Assembly (NCBI RefSeq): GCF_001194135.2
Contig: NC_069002.1
Coordinates: forward strand, 15,320,162-15,384,161
Direction of reading: 5' to 3'
Length of the DNA stretch: 64,000 nt
From: Octopus bimaculoides
Lineage: Eukaryota
Shown here one piece after another: positions 12,826 through 25,324 of the stretch. Position numbers and translations under genes: made by a program. Every line of letters begins with the position of its first letter. Position 1 is the stretch's first letter. The notes under the pieces are model-generated. The model saw only the letters and a list, made by a program, of their open reading frames with translations, did not search any database and was not told the origin of the DNA.

Positions 12826-13245
12826 ATGTATTTCAGATAAGAAAGTAAATTTCAAGCACAGTAAAGCTGTTCGGACAGCAGAGAAAGGTTGGGTGTTTAT
12901 CCTTGTAAGATGGAAAAAATTTGCAAGCAAGTAGCTACAGGACTCAAATCCATACCCTTTAGATACTGGTTGTGTACTTTACCAGCCCCAACTATTAATA
13001 ATTTCCCAATCTATTAAACAGCAAATAGTCCAGACATGTTTTGTGCACAGAATTGGAATCGCTTGATGCTATATGAACGTGTCCTTTGTTTACAAACACT
13101 TCACAACATGACAAGGTATGGGAAGAAGTCCAGACATACTTTCATGCAGGATGCAAGCAAACTTTACTGTCAAGCTAATTGCATGTAATTATTCATGTAT
13201 TTAATTAGAAGTGCGGTTATGAAACATTTAGATAAAGAACATTAC

Positions 13246-13388
13246 CAGTTGTTTTGCAAGACTGAAACTGACTCGGTTTTGAAACACACATATGTGCATC
13301 AGTGCAGCTAGTACAGTATTTTGTTGATGAATTCCTGGAGTCAACTGCTTGGCAGACACCACTGTAGAGACTTTCGCTTTTCTTTACT
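13246..13388 (-). CDS. VWDE-like gene exon (post-VWD Cys-rich)
   Basis: attttcag / gtaatg, phase 2-1. VKKSESLYSGVCQAVDSRNSSTKYCTSCTDAHMCVSKPSQFQSCKTT. Confidence 0.85.
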
Positions 13389-13703
13389 CTGAAAATTAAT
13401 ACAAAACAGTAAATAAATAAAGAAATTCCACTCATATCTTTTTTTTTTTAAATACCAAACAGGAAAATACAAGACAGGAAAATACATTCTTTTATTCTTT
13501 TACTCGTTTCAGTCAGTTGACTGCGGTCATGCTGGGGCACTGCCTTGAAAGGTTTTTGCAACCTCAGGACTTATTTCTTAAGCCTACTACTTATTCTGTC
13601 AATCACTTTTGCTGAACCACTAAGTTACAGAGATGTACACACCAACATAGGTTGTCAGACGGTGATGGTGGGACAAATGCAGACACAAAGACAAACACAA
13701 ATC

Positions 13704-13771
<68 letters not shown>

Positions 13772-14969
13772 GGGCTTCTTTCAGTTTCCATCTACTAAAT
13801 CAACTCACAAAGCTTTGGTCATTCCAAGGCTATAGTAGAAGACACTTGCCCAAGGTGCCATGCAGTGAGATGGAACCTGGAGCTATGAGGTTGGGAAACA
13901 AGCTTCTTACCACGCCGTCATGCCTGTGCCCTTTATACATTTATGAAGTCATTATGATGTAACTGTGAAAATTTTATTATATTGCAGAGCAGCAATATTT
14001 GGGGTTTAGGGATATTTTTGCAATGACTTAGTGCTATTGATTCTTCAGAGACCCCATTCAGTACTGGGATATTTTGGGATTGAGAAAATTCTTGTTTTTA
14101 TTCTACATTATTGATTTTTAGCTGTTGAGGGTGATCTACCCCAGAAACTAAATAGAGAAATGATTGTAATTACCATATATTTTGAGATATATTAACTATT
14201 TTAATGTAAACAATCTTTTCTTTCATTGAAGATAATTATATTCCAGTGCATATTTACTAAGCAATGTAAAGGGAGATAAACATGTTTTAATGGAGATAAA
14301 TCATCAACATCATCATCATCATCATCATCATCATCGTCATCATCGTCGTTTAACGTCCGCTTTCCACGCTAGCATGGGTTGGACGATTTGACTGAGGACT
14401 GGTGAAACCGGATGGCAACACCAGGCTCCAATCTGATTTGGCAGAGTTTCTACAGCTGGATGCCCTTCCTAACGCCAACCACTCAATTATTTCATTTCAT
14501 TATATTTTAATATTTGTCTGCTGCCCAATGAGTCTCTCTCTCTCTCTTTCTCACTTTCTCTGTATCTCTCGATTTCTATCTCTATCCATCTCTTTTTCTC
14601 TTTCCCTTTCTATTATTTTCATTGATCAGACAATCTGCTTGTGCATTGTGACTTATCTTCTCCCATGTGATGTCCTGGTTATCATTGACAACAGACAAAC
14701 ATTATGTATGTATGTATGTATGTATGTATGTATGTATGTATGCATGTATGTATGTGAGTATGAATGCATGGGTGTGTGAGTGCATGCATGTATGTATGTA
14801 TGTATGTAACTTATTGTAAGTTGTAACTTTCCAGTATATCCTGTCAAGAAACTTTGATTTTGATAGTTTAAAGCCATTTGGTCTGTCTTTGATGATTTCA
14901 AAGAATGTTATCAAGTTCTCATTTCTTACTTAGGCTTTCAAACAAGTCAAAATACATAATTTGTCTTAC

Positions 14970-15078
14970 CTCCAGCTTTGAGAAAACTTGGTAGGAAAAC
15001 TTGTATTTGTTTGTGTGTGACTCCCATCTGAGTGCATCAGGTCATTCTCTTGTTTATCGTCATATACACCACACAGAC
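14970..15078 (-). CDS. VWDE-like gene exon: end of VWD domain
   Basis: aaatacag / gtaaga, phase 1-2. GLCGVYDDKQENDLMHSDG...FSQSWR (GLCG..D...ND and SWR motifs). Confidence 0.9.
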
Positions 15079-15394
15079 CTGTATTTAAAAAGAAACCAAA
15101 ATAGAGGATATGAACATAGGTGCATACGCATAACATTATATGTGCATACATACATATGTATGTATACACATACATACATGCATGCATATATACATGCATA
15201 CAATCATCATCATCGTCATCATTTGACTTCTGCTCTCCATGCTGGCTAAGGTTGGATAATTTGGCAAGGCCGGAGTCAGACGATTGCATCTTGCTCCAAT
15301 ATCTGAATTGGTTTCTAGTGCTGGAGGCACTACCAAATGTCAATTGCCATGCAGAATGCACAGGGTGCCTTATTAAATGATAATTGTCCTAGAT

Positions 15395-15630
15395 CAGGGG
15401 TTTTCAAACTTTTTGACTTGCGGACCCCTTTATATTTCAGGCTTTACCTTAGGGACCCCTTATAAACACTTATGAAATTTATACATAAATATTTGCTTAA
15501 AATAACATATATTTTTTACATTTATTTATTTAACAGTATTTAACAAATAGGTTTATTGTCAATTAAAAGATTTCGGTTAAAAACCATATATAAAATCAAA
15601 TTGCCCATAAAAAGTATTTGCTGTCCAGGG
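15395..15630 (+). mobile_element. hAT/Charlie-type MITE end
   Basis: caggggttttcaaactttttgacttgcggacccc preceded by tcctagat; the same terminus occurs inverted at 62490-62542. Confidence 0.6.
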
Positions 15631-15664
15631 GCAATCAATAAAGTACTTGTTCTGGGAATGATTC

Positions 15665-15763
<99 letters not shown>

Positions 15764-16363
15764 GCTCTGTCTCTCTCTCTCTAGCTCTGTCTCTCTCCCC
15801 CTAGTTCTCTCTCTCTCTCTCTCTAGCTCTCTCTCTCTCTATATATATGCCTCTTACCATCTCCCCTCGTCAAATTAGAGTTAATGAATACTTCAACAAT
15901 AATCTCATTCCCTTCTTTCAGATGAATAAATAAAAATCTGATAAAAGAAAAAAAAATGCTGGAAAGACAGTTAATTTAGTGTGAACATATAGTTATATAT
16001 TGTAACCAGCACATAACTATATATTCTTGTTGTGGAAGGCACCACTGAGATACATCACTATTGTTAGAAACTGCATTATTTTCAAATCCAAATCTACATA
16101 TTTTGTGACTCAGTCTATGACCAGGTAGCTTTGTTTTGACTATACTTTCAAAGTTGTCAACTATCAAACACCAGACTAAATCTCCATCTTAGTTCATCCT
16201 TTATGGTTTGGTCAACTTAAGTATTCTGAGTTCTCTCCCTTACTCCTATTAAAAGTAATTTTCGTTAACAATAATAAATTTTCTTCACTGTCTGGTTTCA
16301 ATTGATTAAAAAATTTTATTGCTCTCCCCATTAAGTATTTTAGCCTGAACATGGTGTTGTTAT

Positions 16364-16749
16364 GTGGAGGCGCAATGGCCCAGTGGTTAGGGCAGCGGAC
16401 TCGCGGTAATAGGATCGCGGTTTTGATTCTTAGACCAGGCGTTGTGAGTGTTTATTGAGCGAAAACACCTAAAACTCCACAAGGCTCCGGCAGGGGATGG
16501 AGGTGAACCCTGCTGTAATCTTTCACTACAACTTTCTCTCACTCTTACTTCCTGTTTCTGTTGTGCCTGTAATTCAAAGGGTCAGCCTTGTCACACACTG
16601 TGTCAAGCCGAATATCCCCGAGAACTACGTTAAGGGTACACGTGTCTGTGGAGTGCTCAGCCACTTGCACGTTAATTTCATAAGCAGGCTGTTCTGTTGA
16701 TCAGATCAACTAGAACCCTCGACGTCGTAAGCGACGGAATTCCAACAAC
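16364..16749 (+). mobile_element. tRNA-derived SINE family A, (AAC)n tail
   Basis: A box tggcccagtgg, B-box-like ggttttgattc; 10-bp TSD ggtgttgtta. Confidence 0.92.
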
Positions 16750-16865
16750 GGTGTTGTTAAATTTAATGTAAATTAAAATCAGCATTAAAAAGTCAAAAAA
16801 TTATTTTGCAGAGGAGGAAAAAACAATACTAGTCAATGATTGATATTACCTGAATTAATTAGTAG

Positions 16866-16923
16866 GTATGGGACACAACTCTGGATATATTTCAATCTTT
16901 TTATGGTCTCATCAGCCTGATAC
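16866..16923 (-). ncRNA. Decayed type I hammerhead-ribozyme-like motif
   Basis: GTATCAGG CTGATGA GACC ATAAAAA GATT GAAA TATA TCCAGAGT TGTG TC CCATAC: intact core with imperfect stems. Confidence 0.45.
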
Positions 16924-17522
16924 AGACTTCATTTCCTTAATGTATTGATGTAATGACAGAAAAGACGTACCAGACTGTACAGTGGTTTGTGAAGAAAAGT
17001 ATAACAGTTTGAAGAAAAAACTTTACAAAGATGTTATCCTCATCATCATCATTGTTTCACATCTGTCTTCCATGCTGGCATGGGTTGGACAGTTTCACAG
17101 TAGCTAGCCAGGCAGGAGCCTGCACCAAACTTCTGTGTTTGTTTTGCAGGGTATTTACAGCTGGATGTCCTTCCTAATACCAACCACCAAGCAGAGTAGG
17201 TTGAGTGCTTTTCATGCGGCACCAGCACAGACACGGTCGATTTTGTCATGGTTTTTACAGCTGGATGCTCTTCCAAACGCCAACCACTTTACGGTGTTGA
17301 CTGGATGCTTTTTACATAGCATCAGCACTGGCAGGGTCACCAAGTAACTTGCAAGACAAAGAATCCTTTGGGAGAGGAGAGGGGACATTGGAGGAGGTGA
17401 TCTTGTGTCAGATGATGAAAGGTTATAGGGAGACAGAGAGACAGAAATAGGTGTCTTGCTGTGAGGCTAACTAGAAATAATGGCATGGTAAGGAAAAACA
17501 AGGAAAAATTTTTGTCTCTGAC

Positions 17523-17625
17523 CTTCTGTGTTATTAAAGTCATGAAATGATGAATAAACCCAGACATTGGCAAAGTTAGCATAGCTGTCACTGATGAATA
17601 TTTCAGTTCCATGTGGTAAGATGAC
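17523..17625 (-). CDS. VWDE-like gene exon: VWD domain
   Basis: ttccttcag / gtcaga, phase 0-1. VILPHGTEIFISDSYANFANVWVYSSFHDFNNTE(G). Confidence 0.88.
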
Positions 17626-17709
17626 CTGAAGGAAATAACAATACAAAAAAAAAAAAAAGAAGAAAAGAAAGGATCAGTTATCAATATGTGTGGGATATAT
17701 ATATAAAAA

Positions 17710-18104
17710 GTGGAGGCGCAATGGCCCAGGAGTTAGGGCAGCGGACTCGCGGTCATAGGATCGCAGTTTCGATTCCCAGACCGGGCATTGTGAGTGTTTA
17801 TTTAGTGAAAACACCTAAAGCTCCACGAGGCTCCGGCAGGGCAGGGCATGGTGGCGAACCCTGCTGTACTCTTTCACCACAACTTTCTCTCACTCTTACT
17901 TCCTGTTTCTGTTGTGCATGTAATTCAAAGGGTCAGCCTTGTCACACTGTGTCACGCTGAATATCCCTGAGAACTACATTAAGGGTACACGTGTCTGTGG
18001 AGTGCTCAACCACTTGCACGTTAATTTCATGAGCAGGCTGTTCCGTTGATCTGATCAACTGGAACCCTCGATGTCATAAGCGACGGAGTACCAACAACAA
18101 CAAC
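17710..18104 (+). mobile_element. SINE family A
   Basis: Full-length match to the other copies, (AAC)n tail. Confidence 0.9.
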
Positions 18105-18167
18105 AATATGTAAATATCTATATTTGGATCTCTTGATAATTATGTTCCTATTGTGTTTCCATAAATA

Positions 18168-18380
18168 CAAGGGGTGCTGAAAAGTTCCTGGCTTTAAGGA
18201 TGTAGCAAATGGCCTGGCTGGAGGCCCAACCTTCCAAATTTTTTTACAGGGCTTAGAAAAACTGAAGGACCACTGCAATAATCCGTGAGCGGGGGTGGAA
18301 TAAGTTGAATAAAATCATAATTAACTGATTTTTCTGTATTTTCTTTTACCCAAAGCCAGGAACTTTTCAGCACCCCCTCA
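18168..18380 (+). mobile_element. Mariner-derived MITE (internal deletion derivative)
   Basis: TIRs of about 28 bp (caaggggtgctgaaaagttcctggcttt and its reverse complement) with TA on both sides; the interior resembles a mariner transposase 3' end. Confidence 0.85.
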
Positions 18381-20813
18381 TACACACACACACACCATAT
18401 ACATACATACATACATACATACATACACACATACATACACACATACACACAAAAAAATTTTTTTCTATATTTGTGAATTAAAGTGACCATTGGATTCATG
18501 TTAGAAACAGTAGGAAAATATCCAAGCATCTTAACAAGTTTTCAAGCCAATCACATGGAGAAAGGTGTTCACCTCCATTTTTGGAAAGATTGTTTTCCAA
18601 AATAGAGGTGAACGCCTTTCTCCATGTGTTAAGATACTTGAATATTTTCCTACTGTTTCTAACATGAAACCAATGGTAGCCTTGATTCACAAATAAAGAT
18701 ATTATTTATCCACCAATGTGGTGTTGAGCACTCATTTCATCGCATGTGAAGACATGGCTCAGTGGTTAAGATGTTGTGCTCACAATTGCGAGATCATGGG
18801 TTTGATTCCCAGACCAGGTGTTGTGTTGCATTCTTGAGCAAAGCACTTCATTCCACGTTGCTCTGCGATCATTTTGACATCTGACATGTGGCACTCATTG
18901 CACCTGTACAGGTAATGTCGATCTGATGGAAAGAGTGAGCTTATATCTACACAAACATTTGATCACTATAAACAAATCATCTGTGTAGTTGTTCGGTAAG
19001 AAATCGTCAAAGCCTCATACATCGTCTAATGCAAGATCTTGGTTCCTCCTATACCATAAATATTGGAAAACAGGGCAATGGTTCTGGTAAAAATATGACA
19101 CCAGGTGGAAGGCAGAAGATCAAAATCTGTAGAGCAAATATCCCAGGGTGTCTGAATCAGATGACACATCTCAATGCCAACAGACGTGCACAAATAGAGC
19201 ATAAGGGAGGATTAGCTGTGTAGGCTTTGTGGAGAGAGAAGCACTATGACAAACATCTAATCTGGATGTAAAGCAAAGCACATCGTTCAGCGGTTAGGGC
19301 ATTGGTATCACAATTATGAGGTAGTGAGTTTGATTCCTTGACTGGGCTGTATGTTATGTTCTTGAGCAAGACACTTTATTTCACATTGCTCCAGTTCACT
19401 CAGTTGTAAAAATGAGTTGTGATGTCACTGGCATCAATCTGTATCAGCCATTGCCTTTCCTTTGAGTAACATTGATGGCATGGACAGTGGAGGTTGGTAC
19501 ACATGGGTGACTGCTGGTCTTCCATAAACAACCTTGTCCAGACTTGTGCCTTGGAGGGGAACCTTCTAGGGGGAAATCCCATGGTCATTCATGACCAAAG
19601 GGGGTTTTTACTCTACCCAACAGAGATAAGGTGCTCAAAACACTCACTCACAGCCTTGAACAACAGAGATATGAGAAACACCAACAGGAGTGGCTGTGTG
19701 GTAAGTAGCTTGCTTACCAACCACATGGTTCTGGGTTCATTCCCACTGCGTGGCACCTTGGGCAAGTGTCTTCTACTATATCCTCAGACCGACCAAAGCC
19801 TTTTGAGTGGATTTGGTAGACGGAAACTGAAAGAAGCCCGTCGTATATATGTATATATATATATATATGTATGTGTGTGTCTGTGTTTGTACCCCCAACA
19901 TCGCTTGACAACCGATGGTGGTGTGTTTATGTCCCCGTAACTTAGCGGTTCGGCAAAAGAGACTGATAGAATGAGTACTAGGCATCCAAAGAATAAGTCC
20001 TGGGGTCGATTTGCTCGACTAAAAGGCGGTGCTCCAGCATGGCCACAGTCAGTTGACTGAAACAAGTAAAAGAGGAAAAGAGTAAAAGAGTTGAAAAAGA
20101 CAATATTGTCAATCAAGTTTGTGAGGGAAGCAGATAAGTCATTGACCATAGCAAGAAGGACAAGGGGTCCAATAAAGGGATATAAAAGTGGACTGAGAAG
20201 AAAGGCTGCAGTTTTCCCTTGGAACATTCAACAAACCATGAAATTAGAAGTAATTTAGTGGTCTCAGAGGTCAAAGTACAGAGTTCCCTGGGAAGATGGG
20301 TACAAACAAGCTTTTAGAAAGAACAGAACCAAGTACTCTTTACTCTCTTTTTACTCTTTTACTTGTTTCAGTCATTTGACTGCGGCCATACTGGAGCACC
20401 GCCTTTAGTCGAGCAAATCGACCCCAGGACTTATTCTTTGGAAGCCTAGTACTTATTCTATCGGTCTCTTTTGCCGAACCGCTAAGTTACGTGGACGTAA
20501 ACACATCAGCATCAGTTGTCAAACGATGCTGGGGGGACAAACACAGACACACAAACATATACACACACATACACATATACATATATATCCCTGAACTTTT
20601 TGCAAAATTTCAGGGATAGCAGACATGGTTGGACAGGGAGTCTTTGACAGCCAAGACAGGCTGTAGTAGACACACCCCAATACATATTAGATATCATTTT
20701 ATGACATCAACACATACACACACACATCACCAATGAGATTAATAATTACTTACATAAAAGATGTAATATTAATCAAAATAACACATATGAATTAATTAAG
20801 TAATGAACATTAC

Positions 20814-21017
20814 CTTATATTGACCATTTTTATATTTTTCAATTCTAAATTGTGGTTCCAGCTTTCCAATTTGGTATAATTTCACATTCAAATGTTGTTC
20901 TACAGAATTTTCCTTTTTCTGACACTTGTCGATGAGAAGGACATCATCCCCTGCCTTAATAGCAGCACCACAGCTGCAAGTAACATTGTCGGTACAGTTC
21001 TGGTAGAAGACATTCAC
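20814..21017 (-). CDS. VWDE-like gene exon: VWD domain
   Basis: ttttcccctag / gtaatg, phase 0-0. VNVFYQNCTDNVTCSCGAAIKAGDDVLLIDKC...KNGQYK. Confidence 0.9.
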
Positions 21018-21115
21018 CTAGGGGAAAATATTAAACATTCACCATTGTCAATATTTTAGATATTTACAAAAATGCATACTGACAGAGATTTACTTAACAT
21101 ACACACACATATACA

Positions 21116-21153
<38 letters not shown>

Positions 21154-21342
21154 NNNNNNNNNNNNNNNNNNNNNNNNNNNNNNNNNNNNNNNNNNNNNNN
21201 NNNNNNNNNNNNNNNNNNNNNNNNNNNNNNNNNNNNNNNNNNNNNNNNNNNNNNNNNNNNNNNNNNNNNNNNNNNNNNNNNNNNNNNNNNNNNNNNNNNN
21301 NNNNNNNNNNNNNNNNNNNNNNNNNNNNNNNNNNNNNNNNNN

Positions 21343-21387
<45 letters not shown>

Positions 21388-22849
21388 TTTATATAAACAT
21401 ATGTTTTAGTGACAGGCTGACTAAGCTCCTTGTGTTACTTAAAGTTTTGTAGTTGTGAAATAAACACATAATCTGTTGCTTGGAAGTTTGGTTCCAAAGT
21501 GGAGAAAAATCGAGATGACTTCTTTCTTACTGGGAGAACTTAATACCAACTGGTTAGTTTGGGTCATGTTGTTGTAATGATAATGCAGTGATAACAAGTC
21601 TAACAGTGCATCTGGATATTAATTACCACTTAGATAATTGAATACTTAGTCCCACTTAATCTGGAGACTCCGTGGTCACAGCAATATCTTACCCAACATA
21701 AATGAAGTATAATCAACAAGGCTCCCACCTTAGTCACCCAAGGCTTGCTATTGTTGACTCTGCCCCCTCAGAAAGGCTGCAAGGCTGCACATACTTTAAC
21801 ACTCAGCAGGATCCATTTATAGAAAGTCTTACATTTCATATTATTGCCATGAAAGATATCCACCACTATGTGCTTTTAATGTATTTCAAACCAGTGATCT
21901 CCAATAATCTTGATACATCTCCCTAGACTATGTTTGTTATCCATATAGAGATCAAGAGTAAAGAGTAAAGACCCCCTTTATTTATGAATGACTGTGGAAT
22001 TGCACCAAGAAAGTTGCCCTCCAAGCCACAAGTTCAGACAAGGTTGGTTGCTTATGGAAGACCAGCATTCGCCCATGCATACCAGCCTCCCCTCTCCATG
22101 CCATTGATGCTATCCAAGGGAAAGGCAAAGGCTGATACAGCTTGGCACCTGTGACATCACAGCTCATTTCCATAGCTGAGTGAACTGGAGCAACGTGAAA
22201 TAAAATGTTTTGCCCAAGAACACAACACACATCCAGGTCTAGGAATTGAACTCACTACCTCATGATTGTGAGTCTGATGCTGTAATCACTGAGCCATGCA
22301 CCTTCACTGAATAGAGATCAGTTCCCTCAATTCCTGCATATTAATGATCCAGCTGATATATCTTCCACATCCATGCCAAATGCCACACACTGATGACTAG
22401 GCGGTATTCATCTATTGTCATTAAAATATCACTGCACCTTCCTGACTGTAACTAACCATCAGATGCTAAGCTCTCCCTCTGTAACATAGAAACCAATCCT
22501 TACCACTCCTCAAGCAGCATATCACTAATGAATCAAATACCACACCTCAATGACAAAGTGATATTAATATCCACATGGAATGTGAGACCTGTCATTGATG
22601 CTGTAGCTGCCACTGCTGTTTCACACATTGCTGCCTCTACCATTGCTGCCTCTACCATTACTGCCACCACTGCGGCTACTGCTGTTATTGGTGGATTTGC
22701 CATTGGGGTTGTTGCTCCTGGCTTTAACAACACTACCACTCTGGTTACCAGCGCCAATCACCACCTAAGCTTCATACACTATCCCTTTGTCTTTGCATCA
22801 TCATCTCCTTACTGGGTAGTCATTGTATACTCTACATGAAGATCTTGCT

Positions 22850-23270
22850 TCTGCCTGTAGCTTAGGTGTGCTCACTAATATTTTCTTAATACTGGGTACA
22901 CAACTGAAACGGGCCCTTAAGTTGTGTCTATTAAACATACATGTCTGTGAGAAGTGTCTGCCCACTAATCTACTTGATGTTAAGCAAGAAAGGCGGGGCA
23001 AACCAAATGACTTTATGGTGGCACTTCCTTTTGTGGGTGCTAGGGCCCAACATATGGAAGATGTGGTTCGTAAACTCACTGGACGTCAGAGCCTCATTGT
23101 AATAGGGGGCTGTCGCATTGAAAATCTCTTGATTGGAGGACAGGTACAAAATCCCCTTGCTGATACCCTTCACTCGGTTCTTGAACACAATAAGATTGTG
23201 GGAGGCAGTTGTGTTGATGTAGGACAGCATTTCGTTTGGTTTGCTGTAGGGTTTGCTGTGTGAACAGGTG
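22850..23270 (-). mobile_element. Penelope-like element RT-thumb/linker fragment
   Basis: PYSKPNEMLSYINTTASH...LSSNQEIFNATAPYYNEAL..S.F...KVIWFAPPF...FNRHNL...SC.PSI. Confidence 0.8.
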
Positions 23271-23599
23271 CCCTAGTCCAGCACAACAACTAAAAATTTG
23301 ACAGTAGTAAGATTGGTGTCAGTTATAATCTTGAGTCCATTGGAACTAAAGGTACATCAAACCAGCCTCCAGCTGTAGAAAATCTGACTCTTGCTACATG
23401 TTGAAGTGAATGTTAAAATGATGCTGATGATGTTGATGCTGCTGCTTCTGATGATGATGATATATGTAAAGTAGATTTCTCACAAGCAATATTCTGTCTT
23501 TGAAGACATCAACATGTTTAGCACAAATCGTATTGTAAATGTTAAATAATAATTTAAAAGTTGATAAATGCAAAGTCAATAGCAAAAATGTATACTTAC

Positions 23600-23663
23600 A
23601 GAATAGGGAAGAGACTTGTGCTTATAGAAAATAAACTCCCCTTCTAGGTGGTTGTTATAGATT
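23600..23663 (-). CDS. VWDE-like gene exon: VWD domain
   Basis: ttattctag / gtaagt, phase 2-0. IYNNHLEGEFIFYKHKSLPYS. Confidence 0.85.
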
Positions 23664-23794
23664 CTAGAATAAATCAAAATCAAAGAAAACAAAATTATCA
23701 TCCCTCTACAAATAACAACACATCCATCCATCAGTATGTATGTATGTATGTATGTATGTAAGCATGTATGTGTATGTATGTTTGCATGTACAGA

Positions 23795-24365
23795 CATTTT
23801 GCAGAGGGGAAACGTTATCGGCATAAACCTAAAAAAAGGTTTAAGGATGGCATAAGGACTGCTATGAAGTCAATTGGAATGGCTCCAAAAGATATAGAAG
23901 TCCTCGCTTCAGATCGAGTTGGATGGCAAACAAGGGTGTGGAGTGGAGTGAAAGCATTTGAAGACTGAGAAGGTGAATGACAAGGACCTTTTTGTGTGCA
24001 CAGTCTGTGACAGACCTTGTGTGTCCTTGGCTGGCCTCAAATCTCACCTGCGAACCCATGGAAAACAAACCTCTTCCAGCTATTCTGATTATATGTCTGT
24101 GCACACGTTTGAATGTGGTGTGTGCCAGAGGGTTTGCAAATCCAATGGGGGTCTTAAAAGACATGTTAGGATCCACAATGAGCAGAACTTACTTGCAGGT
24201 ATTGGTAGTGCAAATCAGAGGTGCAATCTGTGTGGGTGTTTTTTCAAAACACTGTCTGGTTTAAAAAGCCACATCAGACGCCATGAAAGGGCTAAGGTGT
24301 AGGTGCAGGAGGTGGTCAAACTCTGTTTAAGGAGTAGACAACCACCATGTATGTATGTATGTATG
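23795..24365 (+). mobile_element. 3' end of an RTE-clade LINE carrying three tandem C2H2 zinc fingers and an (ATGT)n tail
   Basis: AEGKRYRHKPKKRFKD...ASDRVGW...GVKAFED (RTE C-terminus), then CTVC-x12-HLRTH, CGVC-x12-HVRIH and CNLC-x12-HIRRH. Confidence 0.85.
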
Positions 24366-24598
24366 CTTGTACATATGTACATATCTACATACGTATGTAT
24401 GTACAAGATGGATGATCTGTTGAGTGATAATGTTGCAACAGGTATGTACATGATAATAATGTTGATTACAACTGGTTAATACAGAAACCAAGGTTTATTA
24501 CATAGTAACAATCAGACAGCTGCTTAGAGTTAAATAGCGGGGTGGGGGTGGGGGGTGTTGGTCATAAAAAAATTCTGCAAATTCAAGGATCCATTTAC

Positions 24599-24675
24599 CT
24601 TCCATCAAATGTTGAAATTTGGGCTTGATTCAGGGACATACAAATACTAGATTTCTCATTGTCAATAGTTGTTAT
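24599..24675 (-). CDS. VWDE-like gene exon: start of VWD domain
   Basis: tttgcag / gtaaat, phase 0-2. ITTIDNEKSSICMSLNQAQISTFDG(R). Confidence 0.85.
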
Positions 24676-24940
24676 CTGCAAAGAAATGGTAAAGACTTTC
24701 TCAAAATATCCTAATACTCTTACTAGCATCAAAACAAATAAAATTTTTAAAAATTCATTACAATGTAGGAAGTAGAACTATTGATGGTTTTAGAATAATC
24801 GAGGTTTTCATCTGGCAATTACAGAACAACCAGTACTTCCCAAATAATTCAGTTGGACATGAAACAAACCCATTCACTTTTATATAAGAAATAAAAGACA
24901 TAAATGTATTATTTCAAAACAGTTTTAATTTCAAACTTAC

Positions 24941-25324
24941 ATTTGTGAAAGCTGACATGTATGGCTGTTGTGTGTGTTCAGCCTTAGCACTGACAGTTAC
25001 TTTGGTGATTGTATTGCCATCAATATAACCATCAGCTATGCCATACACTGGGATCATTTGGTCTTGCTGCCAGTTTTCTTTAGTCAATGAAATATTACAC
25101 AATGTTTCTACTGATGTCATATGGGCGCCAAAAGCTATTTGTGAAAGAAATTTTTGGTTTGTACACTTAACGCCCATCTCTTCAGAACTGACCTTGAAGG
25201 TCACAGGGCAGTTGCGAGGTTTTTGAGCCTTCATACATACTAAATGTGGTGGCACATTGCATTTAAAACGAAGATCTTTTGCTTTTTCTCCTTCCACAAC
25301 AACGATTGGTTCCTCATTGGTAAT
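24941..25324 (-). CDS. VWDE-like gene exon (pre-VWD linker domain)
   Basis: ttgcag / gtaagt, phase 0-0, 128 codons. ITNEEPIVVVEG...KCNVPPHLVC...ENWQQDQMIPVYGIADGYIDGN...AFTN. Confidence 0.88.

Noticed and set aside
16364-16445. tRNA-like sequences with A and B boxes at the start of many repeats
   Set aside because: They are SINE heads that continue into SINE bodies with TSDs and lack a complete acceptor stem; they are not tRNA genes.
24537-24560. G-rich run as a G-quadruplex
   Set aside because: Only three clear G-tracts of 3 or more; no evidence of function.
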